From positions 62,320 through 126,319 of the IMG/VR virus record IMGVR_UViG_3300033121_001619: a DNA stretch of 64,000 nt. One strand, written 5' to 3'. Below the pieces are notes generated by a model. The model was not told where the DNA came from, ran no database searches, and saw only the letters and a program-made list of their open reading frames with translations. A program made the translations under genes and the position numbers. This DNA comes from a virus. Taxonomy: Duplodnaviria > Caudoviricetes. Of this stretch, positions 31,836-41,226 are shown one piece after another. Within the stretch, counting starts at the first letter, position 1, and each line of letters starts with the position of its first letter.

Positions 31836-32233
31836 TGTCGACTCGCAGGAGACGACGAACAAAGCGAAGATACCATCGCGGCGATCACGTCTCGACCAAG
31901 ACCGGTCTCACTTGCAGGTATCGAAGCGGCTGGGAGAAATCCTACATGGATCACTTGGACTCCGATCCCAGGGTCGTCGACTGGCTCTACGAGGCCCTAT
32001 CCATCGAGTACGTGTCCAACAAACGAACGGGCAAGATTCGTCGCTATTTCCCGGACTTCGTGGTGAGATACGTCGATGGACGGGTCGTGATCGTGGAAGT
32101 GAAGCCGTCACGAAAGGTCGGCAAGGCTGTCAACCTAAAGAAAGCCAATGCTGCTCGAACGTGGTGCGGTGACAACGGTTTTGACTACGTCATATTGACG
32201 GAGCACGAACTGGTGTCAATGGGCCTAATCTAG
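31835..32233 (+). CDS. TnsA N-terminal-like / T4 gp4-like head completion nuclease
   Basis: YRSGWE...RRYFPDF...IVEVKP (PD-(D/E)xK). Confidence 0.8.
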   Translation: MSTRRRRRTKRRYHRGDHVSTKTGLTCRYRSGWEKSYMDHLDSDPRVVDWLYEALSIEYVSNKRTGKIRRYFPDFVVRYVDGRVVIVEVKPSRKVGKAVNLKKANAARTWCGDNGFDYVILTEHELVSMGLI

Positions 32234-32265
32234 TTCGATTTGTCTCGGTCCTATGTAGTGTCACC

Positions 32266-32802
32266 ATGCCGGCAGCTACGACGTCCGACGCCGAACGAAA
32301 ATCCTTGGCCCTGTATGCTCCCAAGACGTTCTACATGGGCCAGAAGATGTACGTGTTGTACGACTGCAAGATGTTGATCGACTACTTCGAAGTAGGCGAA
32401 GCCGACGTCCAGGACGTCATCTATGGAATGATAGCCGTCGATGAGAACGGTAGTTGTCCAATAGTCAGGTCGTCAGCAGCCAGAAAAGGTTACGGGCCAC
32501 TTCTCTACGACATAGTGATGTGTGTGGAGGGTTGCCTGATACCCGATAGGAAATCCGTGTCTCCTAGCGCTAGAAGAGTTTGGGATTCGTACTCGAAACG
32601 TCCGGACGTGGAGAGACGATCGTTGAAGTCAGGAGACGCGTCGAACGATCCTCTCGATTATTCGTACTCGTTGAAGGGACATCCCAATTTCGACGCGCTC
32701 CTGAGAAATCACTCTCGATGTCTCTCGTCGCTGGACATCGATGAGACCGAGATCGAGAGACTCGCCGAGGAGTACTTCACTACACGACTGGACGTCGGCT
32801 GA
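32266..32802 (+). CDS. Hypothetical protein, possibly GNAT-like
   Basis: ARKGYGPLLY resembles the acetyl-CoA binding motif; SVSPSARRVW. Confidence 0.55.
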   Translation: MPAATTSDAERKSLALYAPKTFYMGQKMYVLYDCKMLIDYFEVGEADVQDVIYGMIAVDENGSCPIVRSSAARKGYGPLLYDIVMCVEGCLIPDRKSVSPSARRVWDSYSKRPDVERRSLKSGDASNDPLDYSYSLKGHPNFDALLRNHSRCLSSLDIDETEIERLAEEYFTTRLDVG

Positions 32803-32820
32803 CGTCGTACAATCTCGATC

Positions 32821-33381
32821 ATGATATTGGGCCTGGATGTCTCGACGTCGACCGTGGGTTATTGCGTCCTTGATCAGAACACGAAGAGATTCGATCGTGG
32901 TCGAGTGGTCTCCATTCACGCCATCGATCTGACGAAGGAAAAGGAATTTTGGTCGAAAGTCGACGAACTCGAGAGACGTCTCTCCTGTATCCGGGAAGAC
33001 CACGGGACGATGGACGCTGTGATAGTCGAGGAACCTCTCATGCGATTCGCCGCAGGAATGTCGTCAGCTTCCACGATATCGACCCTCATGAGATTCAATG
33101 GCATAACGTGTCACCTGGTGCGAAAGACGTTCGGAGTCGACCCAACTATGCTCTCAGCTGCCACGGCACGTAAGGCGTGCGGAGTTCGCCTACTGTCGAG
33201 ATCGAAGGCGGGATCACAGAAGGATCAAGTGTTCAACCACATGTGCGCAGCTGATCTGAAGGACGTCGTGTGGCCTCGCAAGCGAGGAGGTAATGTCGTC
33301 GATTGGGCCAAGGATGCCACCGATGCGTACGTCATCGCCACCGGTCACATCGAATTGAACACGACGCCGCCTGACGTGTAG
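32821..33381 (+). CDS. RuvC-like Holliday junction resolvase
   Basis: ILGLDVSTSTVGY, VIVEE, DATDAYVIA. Confidence 0.85.
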   Translation: MILGLDVSTSTVGYCVLDQNTKRFDRGRVVSIHAIDLTKEKEFWSKVDELERRLSCIREDHGTMDAVIVEEPLMRFAAGMSSASTISTLMRFNGITCHLVRKTFGVDPTMLSAATARKACGVRLLSRSKAGSQKDQVFNHMCAADLKDVVWPRKRGGNVVDWAKDATDAYVIATGHIELNTTPPDV

Positions 33382-33390
33382 GATCAATAG

Positions 33391-34353
33391 GTGTCACTGT
33401 ACACGCTCACCGAGAAGTTGACGTTCATCGAGTCAGTCTTGGGACGTGGTTCCCTGTCGAAGAACAGCAAGAATTTCGACGTCAGGTGTCCATACTGTGA
33501 TCCGTCATCCGCCGGAAAGAGGAAACTCTCGATAAAGACGACTGACGACAGGTGTCACTGTTGGGTGTGTGGATTCAAGGCCCGATCGCTCGCACCCATC
33601 ATACGAAAGTATGGAACTCGGTCGCAACTGTCAGAATACGTCTCGCGTTTTCGAAGCGACTTGAAGGCACAGGTCACGGGAGACGAACCTCTCGAGCGAT
33701 CGCTAGCGCTTCCTGACGATTTCAAGATCCTGTTCGATTGTCATAGACGAGATCCCGACACCAGAGACGCCTGGATGTACTTGTCTTCTCGTTCAATAAC
33801 CGAAGAAGATGCCTGGCGTTATCGATTGGGTCTATCTAACGATTTCAAGTGGCGGAGAAGGATCGTGTTCCCTTCCTTCGATGCTGCGGGAGACCTCAAC
33901 TATTTCGTCGGTAGAGCGATAGATCAGAAGAGGACACCGAAATACGACTCACCTGACGTCGACAAGAACCCAATCGTGTTCAACGAGATCGACGTGAATT
34001 GGAAGAAGGACGTCGTCATCGTCGAGGGACCCTTCGACGTCATCAAGTGTCCGGACAACACCATAGCCATACTCGGATCTGACTTGGACGAGCGTCACGA
34101 AGTCTTCAACAAGATAATCATGCACGACATTGGAGTCATCCTCATGCTCGACGGCGACATGTGGAATTCCAAGACACCCAAGTTGTACAAGAAGCTGTGT
34201 GAGTACGACGTCGATGTCAAGATTGCAGATGTCAGACCGTGGGGTGACCCGGGCGTCATGACCCGAAGTGAGATCGTGGACGTGCTGGGAAAGTCATCAC
34301 ACATGACGTGGAGGGACATGTTCGCCTCTCGTCTGGCGTGCATTAGATCATGA
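33391..34353 (+). CDS. DNA primase
   Basis: Zn finger CPYC...HCWVC; RIVFP, YFVGR; TOPRIM VEGPFD and LDGD. Confidence 0.9.
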   Translation: MSLYTLTEKLTFIESVLGRGSLSKNSKNFDVRCPYCDPSSAGKRKLSIKTTDDRCHCWVCGFKARSLAPIIRKYGTRSQLSEYVSRFRSDLKAQVTGDEPLERSLALPDDFKILFDCHRRDPDTRDAWMYLSSRSITEEDAWRYRLGLSNDFKWRRRIVFPSFDAAGDLNYFVGRAIDQKRTPKYDSPDVDKNPIVFNEIDVNWKKDVVIVEGPFDVIKCPDNTIAILGSDLDERHEVFNKIIMHDIGVILMLDGDMWNSKTPKLYKKLCEYDVDVKIADVRPWGDPGVMTRSEIVDVLGKSSHMTWRDMFASRLACIRS

Positions 34354-34379
34354 TCAGCATCAGGGGATAGTTACGGATC

Positions 34380-35348
34380 ATGAGATCCGCAAAGCGTCAA
34401 ACTGTCACCGAATCGACTCTACGCAGGATAGTCCTCGAAGAAGTAGAGCGACGTCGGCGCCTAGAGGAGGGTTTCCTCGACACGATCAAGCAGGCCATGT
34501 CGAAACTTTCTTCGAAGGCCAAGGGAAAGGTCGCTGATAAGTCGAAGGCGGCAGCGGAACGTCTCAAGTCCGACCTCAAAAAGCTTACGTCGACCGTCGA
34601 CATGGATCAGTTGAAGAAATTCAGGTCTGCGTATGAGAAACAAAAGGGAGCGGTACCCCTCTCAAAACTAGCCAGCACACCAGAGATTCAAGACCTGGTC
34701 AAATCCCTCAAAGCGATCGAGTCGTTCGATGCCGTTGAGGGTTCCGGAACCGGAGACACGAAGGTCGAGTCCGCGTCGATCGATATCGACCTCTTCCTGA
34801 TAGAAGAGGGAATCGATCAAAAGATCGAGGAATCTCAACTCAACGAGATAGTCGGATCACTGGCCACCATCGCTGGTGCTTGGTGGACTGCACAGAAGAC
34901 GGTCGTCGGTATGTGCGGACTGGGATTCTGGGCATCAAAGCTCATTGCATCCGTCATGAACAAGGCTGGGAAGCCTGAGACGGCGAAGAAATTCGAGAAT
35001 TTGGGTCATCACCTACACCATCTCGAGGACGCCTGGCTCAAGAAGACGGCATTCCCACTACCCGTTCAGTATGCTGCATATGCTGCCTTGAATTCGACGA
35101 TCGCAGGCAAGCAACCGGCTTCTTACGAGGAATTCAAGGGAAACAAGGAGATGCAGGAGCAGGGTTTCCACGCTCTCAAGTTCGCCCTGCTCATACCCAT
35201 GGCGATCAGCGCCGTCACTCATCTGGTGCATGCTTTCAGCAATGCTTTCTCAGCGCTGTATGGCGTCTCTCACGCCGGCGCCGAGGTCGCATCTACGGCC
35301 AAGGCCGGCACAGCAGCTGCCAAAGTGGCCACACGCGGAATTGGTTGA
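34380..35348 (+). CDS. Hypothetical protein, possibly internal head protein
   Basis: Leader TESTLRRIVLEEV...LEE resembles leaders of other head-region proteins. Confidence 0.6.
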   Translation: MRSAKRQTVTESTLRRIVLEEVERRRRLEEGFLDTIKQAMSKLSSKAKGKVADKSKAAAERLKSDLKKLTSTVDMDQLKKFRSAYEKQKGAVPLSKLASTPEIQDLVKSLKAIESFDAVEGSGTGDTKVESASIDIDLFLIEEGIDQKIEESQLNEIVGSLATIAGAWWTAQKTVVGMCGLGFWASKLIASVMNKAGKPETAKKFENLGHHLHHLEDAWLKKTAFPLPVQYAAYAALNSTIAGKQPASYEEFKGNKEMQEQGFHALKFALLIPMAISAVTHLVHAFSNAFSALYGVSHAGAEVASTAKAGTAAAKVATRGIG

Positions 35349-35382
35349 ACACTGAGTTCAGGAGTCAGTATGTTAGGAATGA

Positions 35383-38300
35383 ATGACTCGTATTGCTCAT
35401 ACAGCTGACGTTCACATTCGTTCCTTGTCCCGACACGATGAGTATCGGGAAGTACTGACAAGCTTCATAGAGAAGTCTCGAGATCTTGGAGTAGATCACT
35501 TCTTCATCGTGGGAGACGTCTTTCACACCAAGACGTCAGGGATATCTCCCGAGTACATTGACATGCTCACGTGGTGGCTTCGATCCATGGCGTCGCATGC
35601 ATGCGTGCACATCATGCTGGGAAACCACGACGGAAATCTGAGCAACCTGTCTAGACAGGATGCCGTGAGTCCCATCGTCAATGCACTCAACGATGACAGG
35701 ATTCGTCTCTACAAGAAGAGCGGCACGTACCCGGTCGATGACCTGATCGACCTCGTGATATTCTCTCCTTTCGATGAGCATGGATGGAAGGACGTCAGAC
35801 CGACAGTTGGCAAGGTCAACGTCGCCGGTTATCACGGCGCGGTGAGGAATTCACTGACGGAATCGGAGTGGAATTTGACCGACGGTGTCGAGTGTTCGTT
35901 CTTCGACGACTACGACATCGTCATGTTGGGAGACATACACAAGTCTCAAGTCCTACGACGTACGTCGGGGAGACCGTCGATGGTCTATCCTGGGACGCCC
36001 ATCCAGCAGAATTACGGCGAAGACGTCGTGAGGTCGTTCACGTTTTGGGACATACGTGGGAAGGACGACTGGGACGTCAAATTCGTCGATCTTCCTAATC
36101 CCAAGCCCTTCGTCACGGTCGACTGGTCAGGAAGTCCTCAAGAGACGTTCAAGAAATTGGAATGTCTCACTCCTGGAACGCGCATCAGGATCAGATCAGA
36201 CGACGCTCTTTCTCACGACGACGTTCACGTGATATCGGAGTTGGCGAGGACACGTGCGGTCGCCTCCGAGGTCGTCTTCAAGACCGAGAACGAGAAGATC
36301 GACACGACGAAGCTCACCGCCGGAGACATCGTCGTGTCGAAGTCCGACGTGAAATCTCCCGATGTCATCGTGTCGCTAGTGTCCGAATTCCACAAGGGAA
36401 TACCAGACGACGAGGTGACCTCTATCAAGGAGAGGGTGTCTTCGTATCTCGTAGGATCGAGAAACAACGACGATGTGACGAGAGGGACGTCTTGGTCGAT
36501 CGACACTCTAGAGTGGGACAACCTGTTCTCGTACGGAGAGGGAAACAGGATAGACTTCAAGAAGCTGTCTGGCATCGTCGGAATCTTTGGTCCCAACAGG
36601 ATTGGGAAGTCGTCGTTCGTGGGATCGATCATGTATACGTTCTTCAACACCTCCGACAGAGGATCGATGAAGAATTCGCTCATCTGTAACGTCAGGAAGG
36701 ACATGTGTCGATCTGCGGCGACGTTTGCCGTCGATGGATCCGAGCATCTCATCGAACGACAGACCGTGAAGACGGTCAACAGAAAAGGCGTCCAGAACGC
36801 CGTCACATCACTCAACCTCTTTCGCAGCGATGACGGGAATTTCACCGACATGTGCGGTGAGCAGAGGAACGACACCGAGAAATCACTCAGGAATTTGATC
36901 GGTACCTCCGAGGACTTCCTCGTCACTTCCGTCTCGTCGCAACGTGATCCAAACGACTTCATATCCCTGGGACCGTCGAAGAGACGCTCACTCTTGTCGA
37001 GATTCCTCCATCTCGACGTCTTCGATTCCCTGTACGACGCCGCGTCGAAGGACCTCGCGTCCGTCAAGGCTCGTCTGAAGACCTACCCGGAGATCGATTG
37101 GGATGCTGAGCAAGAGAGGCTGTCTCTATCGATACGTGAACGAACCATCGAAATAGCTCGTATCAAGGAGAGGATCGAGGAGACCCGATCGGAGATGTCC
37201 GACAAGACTTCGCTATTGAAGGACTTGTGCATCGACGACGTCGACATCGAATCCCTGGAGACCAGGGTCGCCGAATTGACGTCGCACCTCCAAAAAGCTC
37301 GATCCACCAGGAATAAGATCGAATCCGACCTGAGGTCAGCTGAGGAGGACATGTCGTCCATCGCGTCGAAATTGCTCGACGATGAGGCCCTGGGCGCTCT
37401 GGAGGAGTTGAGAGACTCATTCGAGTCATTGACGACGGAATTGAAGACGTTCACGCATCAGCGCGACATCAAGGCGAGTGAGGACAAGCGACGTCTCAAG
37501 ACCATCGGAATACTAGACGAGGTTCCTTGCGGTGACGAGTATCCGACGTGCAAGTTCATCAAGGACGCCATGGCTCTGAGGGAGACGAACGACGCATGGA
37601 GGAGATCCATGGGCGATCTCGAGTCGTCCATCGTCGACTTGACAAAAAGACTGGACGATTTCAGGCGTACGCACGGAGACGTCGCGGAGAGGATATCCGC
37701 GAACGGAAAGAACTCCGTGCTTTACGAGAGACGACGCGCCGACGTTTCGTCTCTTGAGTCCAAGGTCGAGAAGGCCGCGTCACTCATCGCGACCCTCAGC
37801 GCTGACTTGAGAGACGTCGTCTCCCAATTGGAGAAGGCCCGATCGACCCAGGACAAATCCGTCGCGGTTAGACGTAAGAATCTCCAGGGAGAGATACAGA
37901 GATTGTCTGACGATGACCGGCGTCTCATGTCTTCACTCACGTCTCATGCTTCATCGTTGGGAAAAGACGAGAGGGATCTCGAAGACATTCGTCGTCGTCA
38001 CGTCGAGAGAGACGTGCTGCTGGAAGAGGCTCGGATGCTCAGTCGCCTCACTTCCGCGTTCTCCAAGAAAGGTGTGCCGCTCTTGGTCACGCGCTCTCAG
38101 CTCCCGGCGATAAACGCCGCCATATCGTCAGTCCTCAACGGCATCGTCGACTTCGACGTCTCTCTCGAAGTCGACGATGACACGGACACCCTGGAGATAG
38201 TGGTCGACTATGGAGACTCTCGACGGTACATCGAGATGTGTAGCGGGATGGAGAAAACGATGGCGTCATTGGCGGTCCGAGTGGGTCTGTCGAAAGTGAC

Positions 38301-38514
38301 GTCCCTCCCCAAGCCTGACTTCTTCGTCATAGACGAGGGATTTGGTACGCTAGACGCGGGAGCGGTCGAATCATGCAATCGATTCTTGACGTCCCTCAAG
38401 CGTCACTTCAAGACGGTCTTCGTCATAACGCATGTCGATGGAATCAAGGACTGTGCCGATCACGTCCTCGAGATAACGAGAAACGAGAAGGACTCATGCC
38501 TAGTGGCGATCTGA
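35383..38514 (+). CDS. Fused SbcD/Mre11 nuclease and SbcC/Rad50 ATPase (T4 gp47-gp46-like)
   Basis: HTADVH, GDVFH, GNHD, GDIH; Walker A GPNRIGKS; coiled coil; CSGMEK signature, IDEGFGTLD, VITH. Confidence 0.9.
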   Translation: MTRIAHTADVHIRSLSRHDEYREVLTSFIEKSRDLGVDHFFIVGDVFHTKTSGISPEYIDMLTWWLRSMASHACVHIMLGNHDGNLSNLSRQDAVSPIVNALNDDRIRLYKKSGTYPVDDLIDLVIFSPFDEHGWKDVRPTVGKVNVAGYHGAVRNSLTESEWNLTDGVECSFFDDYDIVMLGDIHKSQVLRRTSGRPSMVYPGTPIQQNYGEDVVRSFTFWDIRGKDDWDVKFVDLPNPKPFVTVDWSGSPQETFKKLECLTPGTRIRIRSDDALSHDDVHVISELARTRAVASEVVFKTENEKIDTTKLTAGDIVVSKSDVKSPDVIVSLVSEFHKGIPDDEVTSIKERVSSYLVGSRNNDDVTRGTSWSIDTLEWDNLFSYGEGNRIDFKKLSGIVGIFGPNRIGKSSFVGSIMYTFFNTSDRGSMKNSLICNVRKDMCRSAATFAVDGSEHLIERQTVKTVNRKGVQNAVTSLNLFRSDDGNFTDMCGEQRNDTEKSLRNLIGTSEDFLVTSVSSQRDPNDFISLGPSKRRSLLSRFLHLDVFDSLYDAASKDLASVKARLKTYPEIDWDAEQERLSLSIRERTIEIARIKERIEETRSEMSDKTSLLKDLCIDDVDIESLETRVAELTSHLQKARSTRNKIESDLRSAEEDMSSIASKLLDDEALGALEELRDSFESLTTELKTFTHQRDIKASEDKRRLKTIGILDEVPCGDEYPTCKFIKDAMALRETNDAWRRSMGDLESSIVDLTKRLDDFRRTHGDVAERISANGKNSVLYERRRADVSSLESKVEKAASLIATLSADLRDVVSQLEKARSTQDKSVAVRRKNLQGEIQRLSDDDRRLMSSLTSHASSLGKDERDLEDIRRRHVERDVLLEEARMLSRLTSAFSKKGVPLLVTRSQLPAINAAISSVLNGIVDFDVSLEVDDDTDTLEIVVDYGDSRRYIEMCSGMEKTMASLAVRVGLSKVTSLPKPDFFVIDEGFGTLDAGAVESCNRFLTSLKRHFKTVFVITHVDGIKDCADHVLEITRNEKDSCLVAI

Positions 38515-38783
38515 CTTGGAGGGTCTCCGGAGACAAGGAGTACGCGACGGGAAGAGGATGGATCCGCGTGAGGCCGAAGGGGATGCACAGCGGCCGGCCC
38601 GTGTTTTGTCCTGTTTGTTCGCACTTCATGGTGAGTCACTACGACTCATCGGCCTATGACGAGTTCAAATGCTGTGAGGCGTGTTCAACCCGTTGGGCCA
38701 GAAGACGTCGCGAGGAGTGGACGGACGGATGGAGACCCACGATTGAGGAGCTAGGGCAGGAACTGATCCGACGCAATGCGTTA
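38496..38783 (+). CDS. Small Zn-finger protein (ends at TTA)
   Basis: CPVC...CCEAC...WRP; in-frame TTA at 38781; standard-code end 38816 runs into the next gene. Confidence 0.65.
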
Positions 38784-38808
38784 TACTTAGACCTCGTGAG
38801 AGGTCACG

Positions 38809-39192
38809 ATGAATAACGTAGACATCAATGCGCTCGGTGAGGCGATGGACACGACTTGGGGGAGATCCTCGACTCCCGTGGTGTCCGACCGATCCGTGAA
38901 GTTCAAGTTCGCGGGTGACGATAGGGTCTCCGTCACTTTCTCCATGCTCGTCAACTTCTCCTCGGAACGGGAGATGATACAGACGAAGAAGGCGTGCATG
39001 GAGGAATCCAGCACCGTCATCAACGAGTACGTCAAGTCGGTCAAGGGGTCCTACAAGGACAGGACCGGAGAGACCCTGAAGTTCAAGGAAGTGTCGTCGA
39101 ACGACTCGATCGAGATCGTCTCCTTCAACGTCCACAATCCGAAGAGGACTGGGCTCTTGCGGAGGGTCGTCACGTACGAGGTGTCGACTTGA
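38809..39192 (+). CDS. Hypothetical protein upstream of terminase
   Basis: 127 aa ORF, GAGGT RBS, upstream TACTTA motif. Confidence 0.7.
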   Translation: MNNVDINALGEAMDTTWGRSSTPVVSDRSVKFKFAGDDRVSVTFSMLVNFSSEREMIQTKKACMEESSTVINEYVKSVKGSYKDRTGETLKFKEVSSNDSIEIVSFNVHNPKRTGLLRRVVTYEVST

Positions 39193-40778
39193 ACGACACG
39201 TCTCGGGCTGCCCGCGTCGCGGAGATAGTCAAGTGCGGTAAGGATCCCGTGTACTTCATGAAGAAGTACTGCAAGATCCAGCACCAGCTTCGCGGCATGA
39301 TACCGTTCGAGACGTACCCGTTCCAGGACGATTGCGTGAAGCAATTCCAGGAGAATCGCTTCAACATAGTCCTCAAGTCCAGACAGTTGGGCCTATCGAC
39401 CGTCACGGCCGCCTACGCACTCTGGTTCGCGCTGTTCAAGAAGGACAAGAACATCCTGGTCATCGCGACGAAGATGAAGACGGCCATGAACTTCATCAAG
39501 AAGGTCCACGTCATGCTCGACAACCTACCGACGTGGATACTCCTCGCCAAGTTCGAGAAGACGAAGCAGAGCGCCCGATTCGACAACGGATCCTCGATCA
39601 CGGCCATACCGACGTCTCCCGACGCGGGAAGGTCGGAGGCCCTCGCCCTCCTCATCATCGACGAGGCAGCGTGGATCAAGGACTTCGACGAGATCTGGAC
39701 CGGTCTCAAGCCCACCATGTCGACCGGCGGATCGGCCATCCTCCTGTCGACGCCCAACGGCGTCGGTGGACAATACCATCAGATCTGGGTCGACGCCGAG
39801 GCGAGGCTCAACGAATTCAACCCGATACGTCTCCCGTGGAACGTCCATCCTGAGCACGACGAGGCATGGTTCATCAAGGAATCGAAGAGCCTCGACAAGA
39901 AGAAGATCGCCCAGGAGTTCGAGTGCAATTTCAACGCCAGCGGAGACACGTTCCTGTCACAAGAGGTACTGGGCCGGCTCAGGGAGGCCATCGAGCAACC
40001 GTCCAGGAGAGAGGGAAACCAGTCCCAGATCTGGATCTGGAAGGATCCTCGACCAGGTGCTCGATACATCCTCACGGCCGACGTGTCTCGCGGGGACTCC
40101 GACGACTTCTCGACATTTCACGTCGTCGACTACGACACGGCCGAGATGGTATGCGAGTTCATGGGAAGGTCACCGCCGGACAAATTGGCGGACCTGATGA
40201 TCGAGTACGGGACGAGGTACAACGGGGCACTCCTGGCTCCGGAGCTCAACTCGTTCGGCTACTTCACGTCGTCAAGGCTGAGGGACTCCGGTTACTCTCC
40301 CCTCTACTACGCTAGCTGTCGTGACGATCACTTCACGTATAAGCCATCCAATCCCAAGGAGAACCCGGGCTTCACGACCAACCTCAAGACCCGACCCCAG
40401 ATGCTGGGCTCCCTGGAGGAGATGACTCGAAACGGTCAATTCCTGTCCAGGTCGCAACGCCTGTTCGAGCAACTACAGACGTTCACCTGGCACGGCAACA
40501 AGGCGACGGCCATGGTGGGATACCACGACGACCTCGTGATGAGCGCCGCGGCGGCGTGTTGGCTGTCCAGGCCCACTCGATCGGTCGAGAGGGTCGACGA
40601 CGTCGAGGCAACGACGGCCATGCTGAGGGCGACGTCCAAGGAGACGCGCTCGTCGGAGGGACTACCGCTCAGCGTCACCGGTCTGGGGACGGACAAGGTG
40701 ATCATGACCACCGACAGGCGGATGGGACGCCCACTCGGTCCGGGTATGTCCATGGACTATAGATGGCTTCTCACGTTA
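39189..40778 (+). CDS. terL: Terminase large subunit, T4 gp17-like (ends at TTA)
   Basis: KSRQLGLST (Walker A), IIDEAA (Walker B), STPNG, nuclease ADVSRG and HDDLVMS; probable TTG start overlapping the upstream TGA; ends DYRWLLT-TTA. Confidence 0.93.
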
Positions 40779-40821
40779 CGACAGTCACGTTCGATATGTA
40801 CAGGTTTCGCCGGAGGACACA

Positions 40822-41196
40822 ATGAAGAGGAAGATCGACATCAACCGCGTCAGGAAGATCGTCAAGGAGGAGCTGAGTGCCCTCCACGAGGGCGAGCAAC
40901 ACAAGTTGGCCCTCGACCACGCCGACGCCGCGGTCAAGTGCTTGGACGCGCTGGAGAAGTACAAGGAGGTGGCGTCGGAGAAGGCCAAGGCGGAGTTCGG
41001 CGACGCCCTGGACAGGGTGGAGCAGATCCTCAACAGGATCGCGGAGTCGCCCCTGCAGTACGTCGACGCCGTCCCGACGGACGTCGAAGACTCCACGGAC
41101 GGCGACCTGCTCGACCCGGAACCCGCCTCGACTCCCGCTCCCGCCAAGTCAGACACCACTCGAGTCATCAAGCCGCAGGTTGTCAAGGGTAAGTTA
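40822..41196 (+). CDS. Small acidic head-region protein (ends at TTA)
   Basis: GGAGG RBS; leader RKIVKEELSALHE; in-frame TTA 41194 separates it from the portal ATG at 41227. Confidence 0.7.
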
Positions 41197-41226
41197 CGCG
41201 GTGTACCATCACCCCGAGGTGTGAGA

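Noticed and set aside
38994-41192. 732 aa terminase overlapping both neighbours
   Set aside because: The N-extension overlaps the 38809 gene, and the Arg/Gly-rich C-extension after TTA 40776 is the off-frame reading of the 40822 gene.
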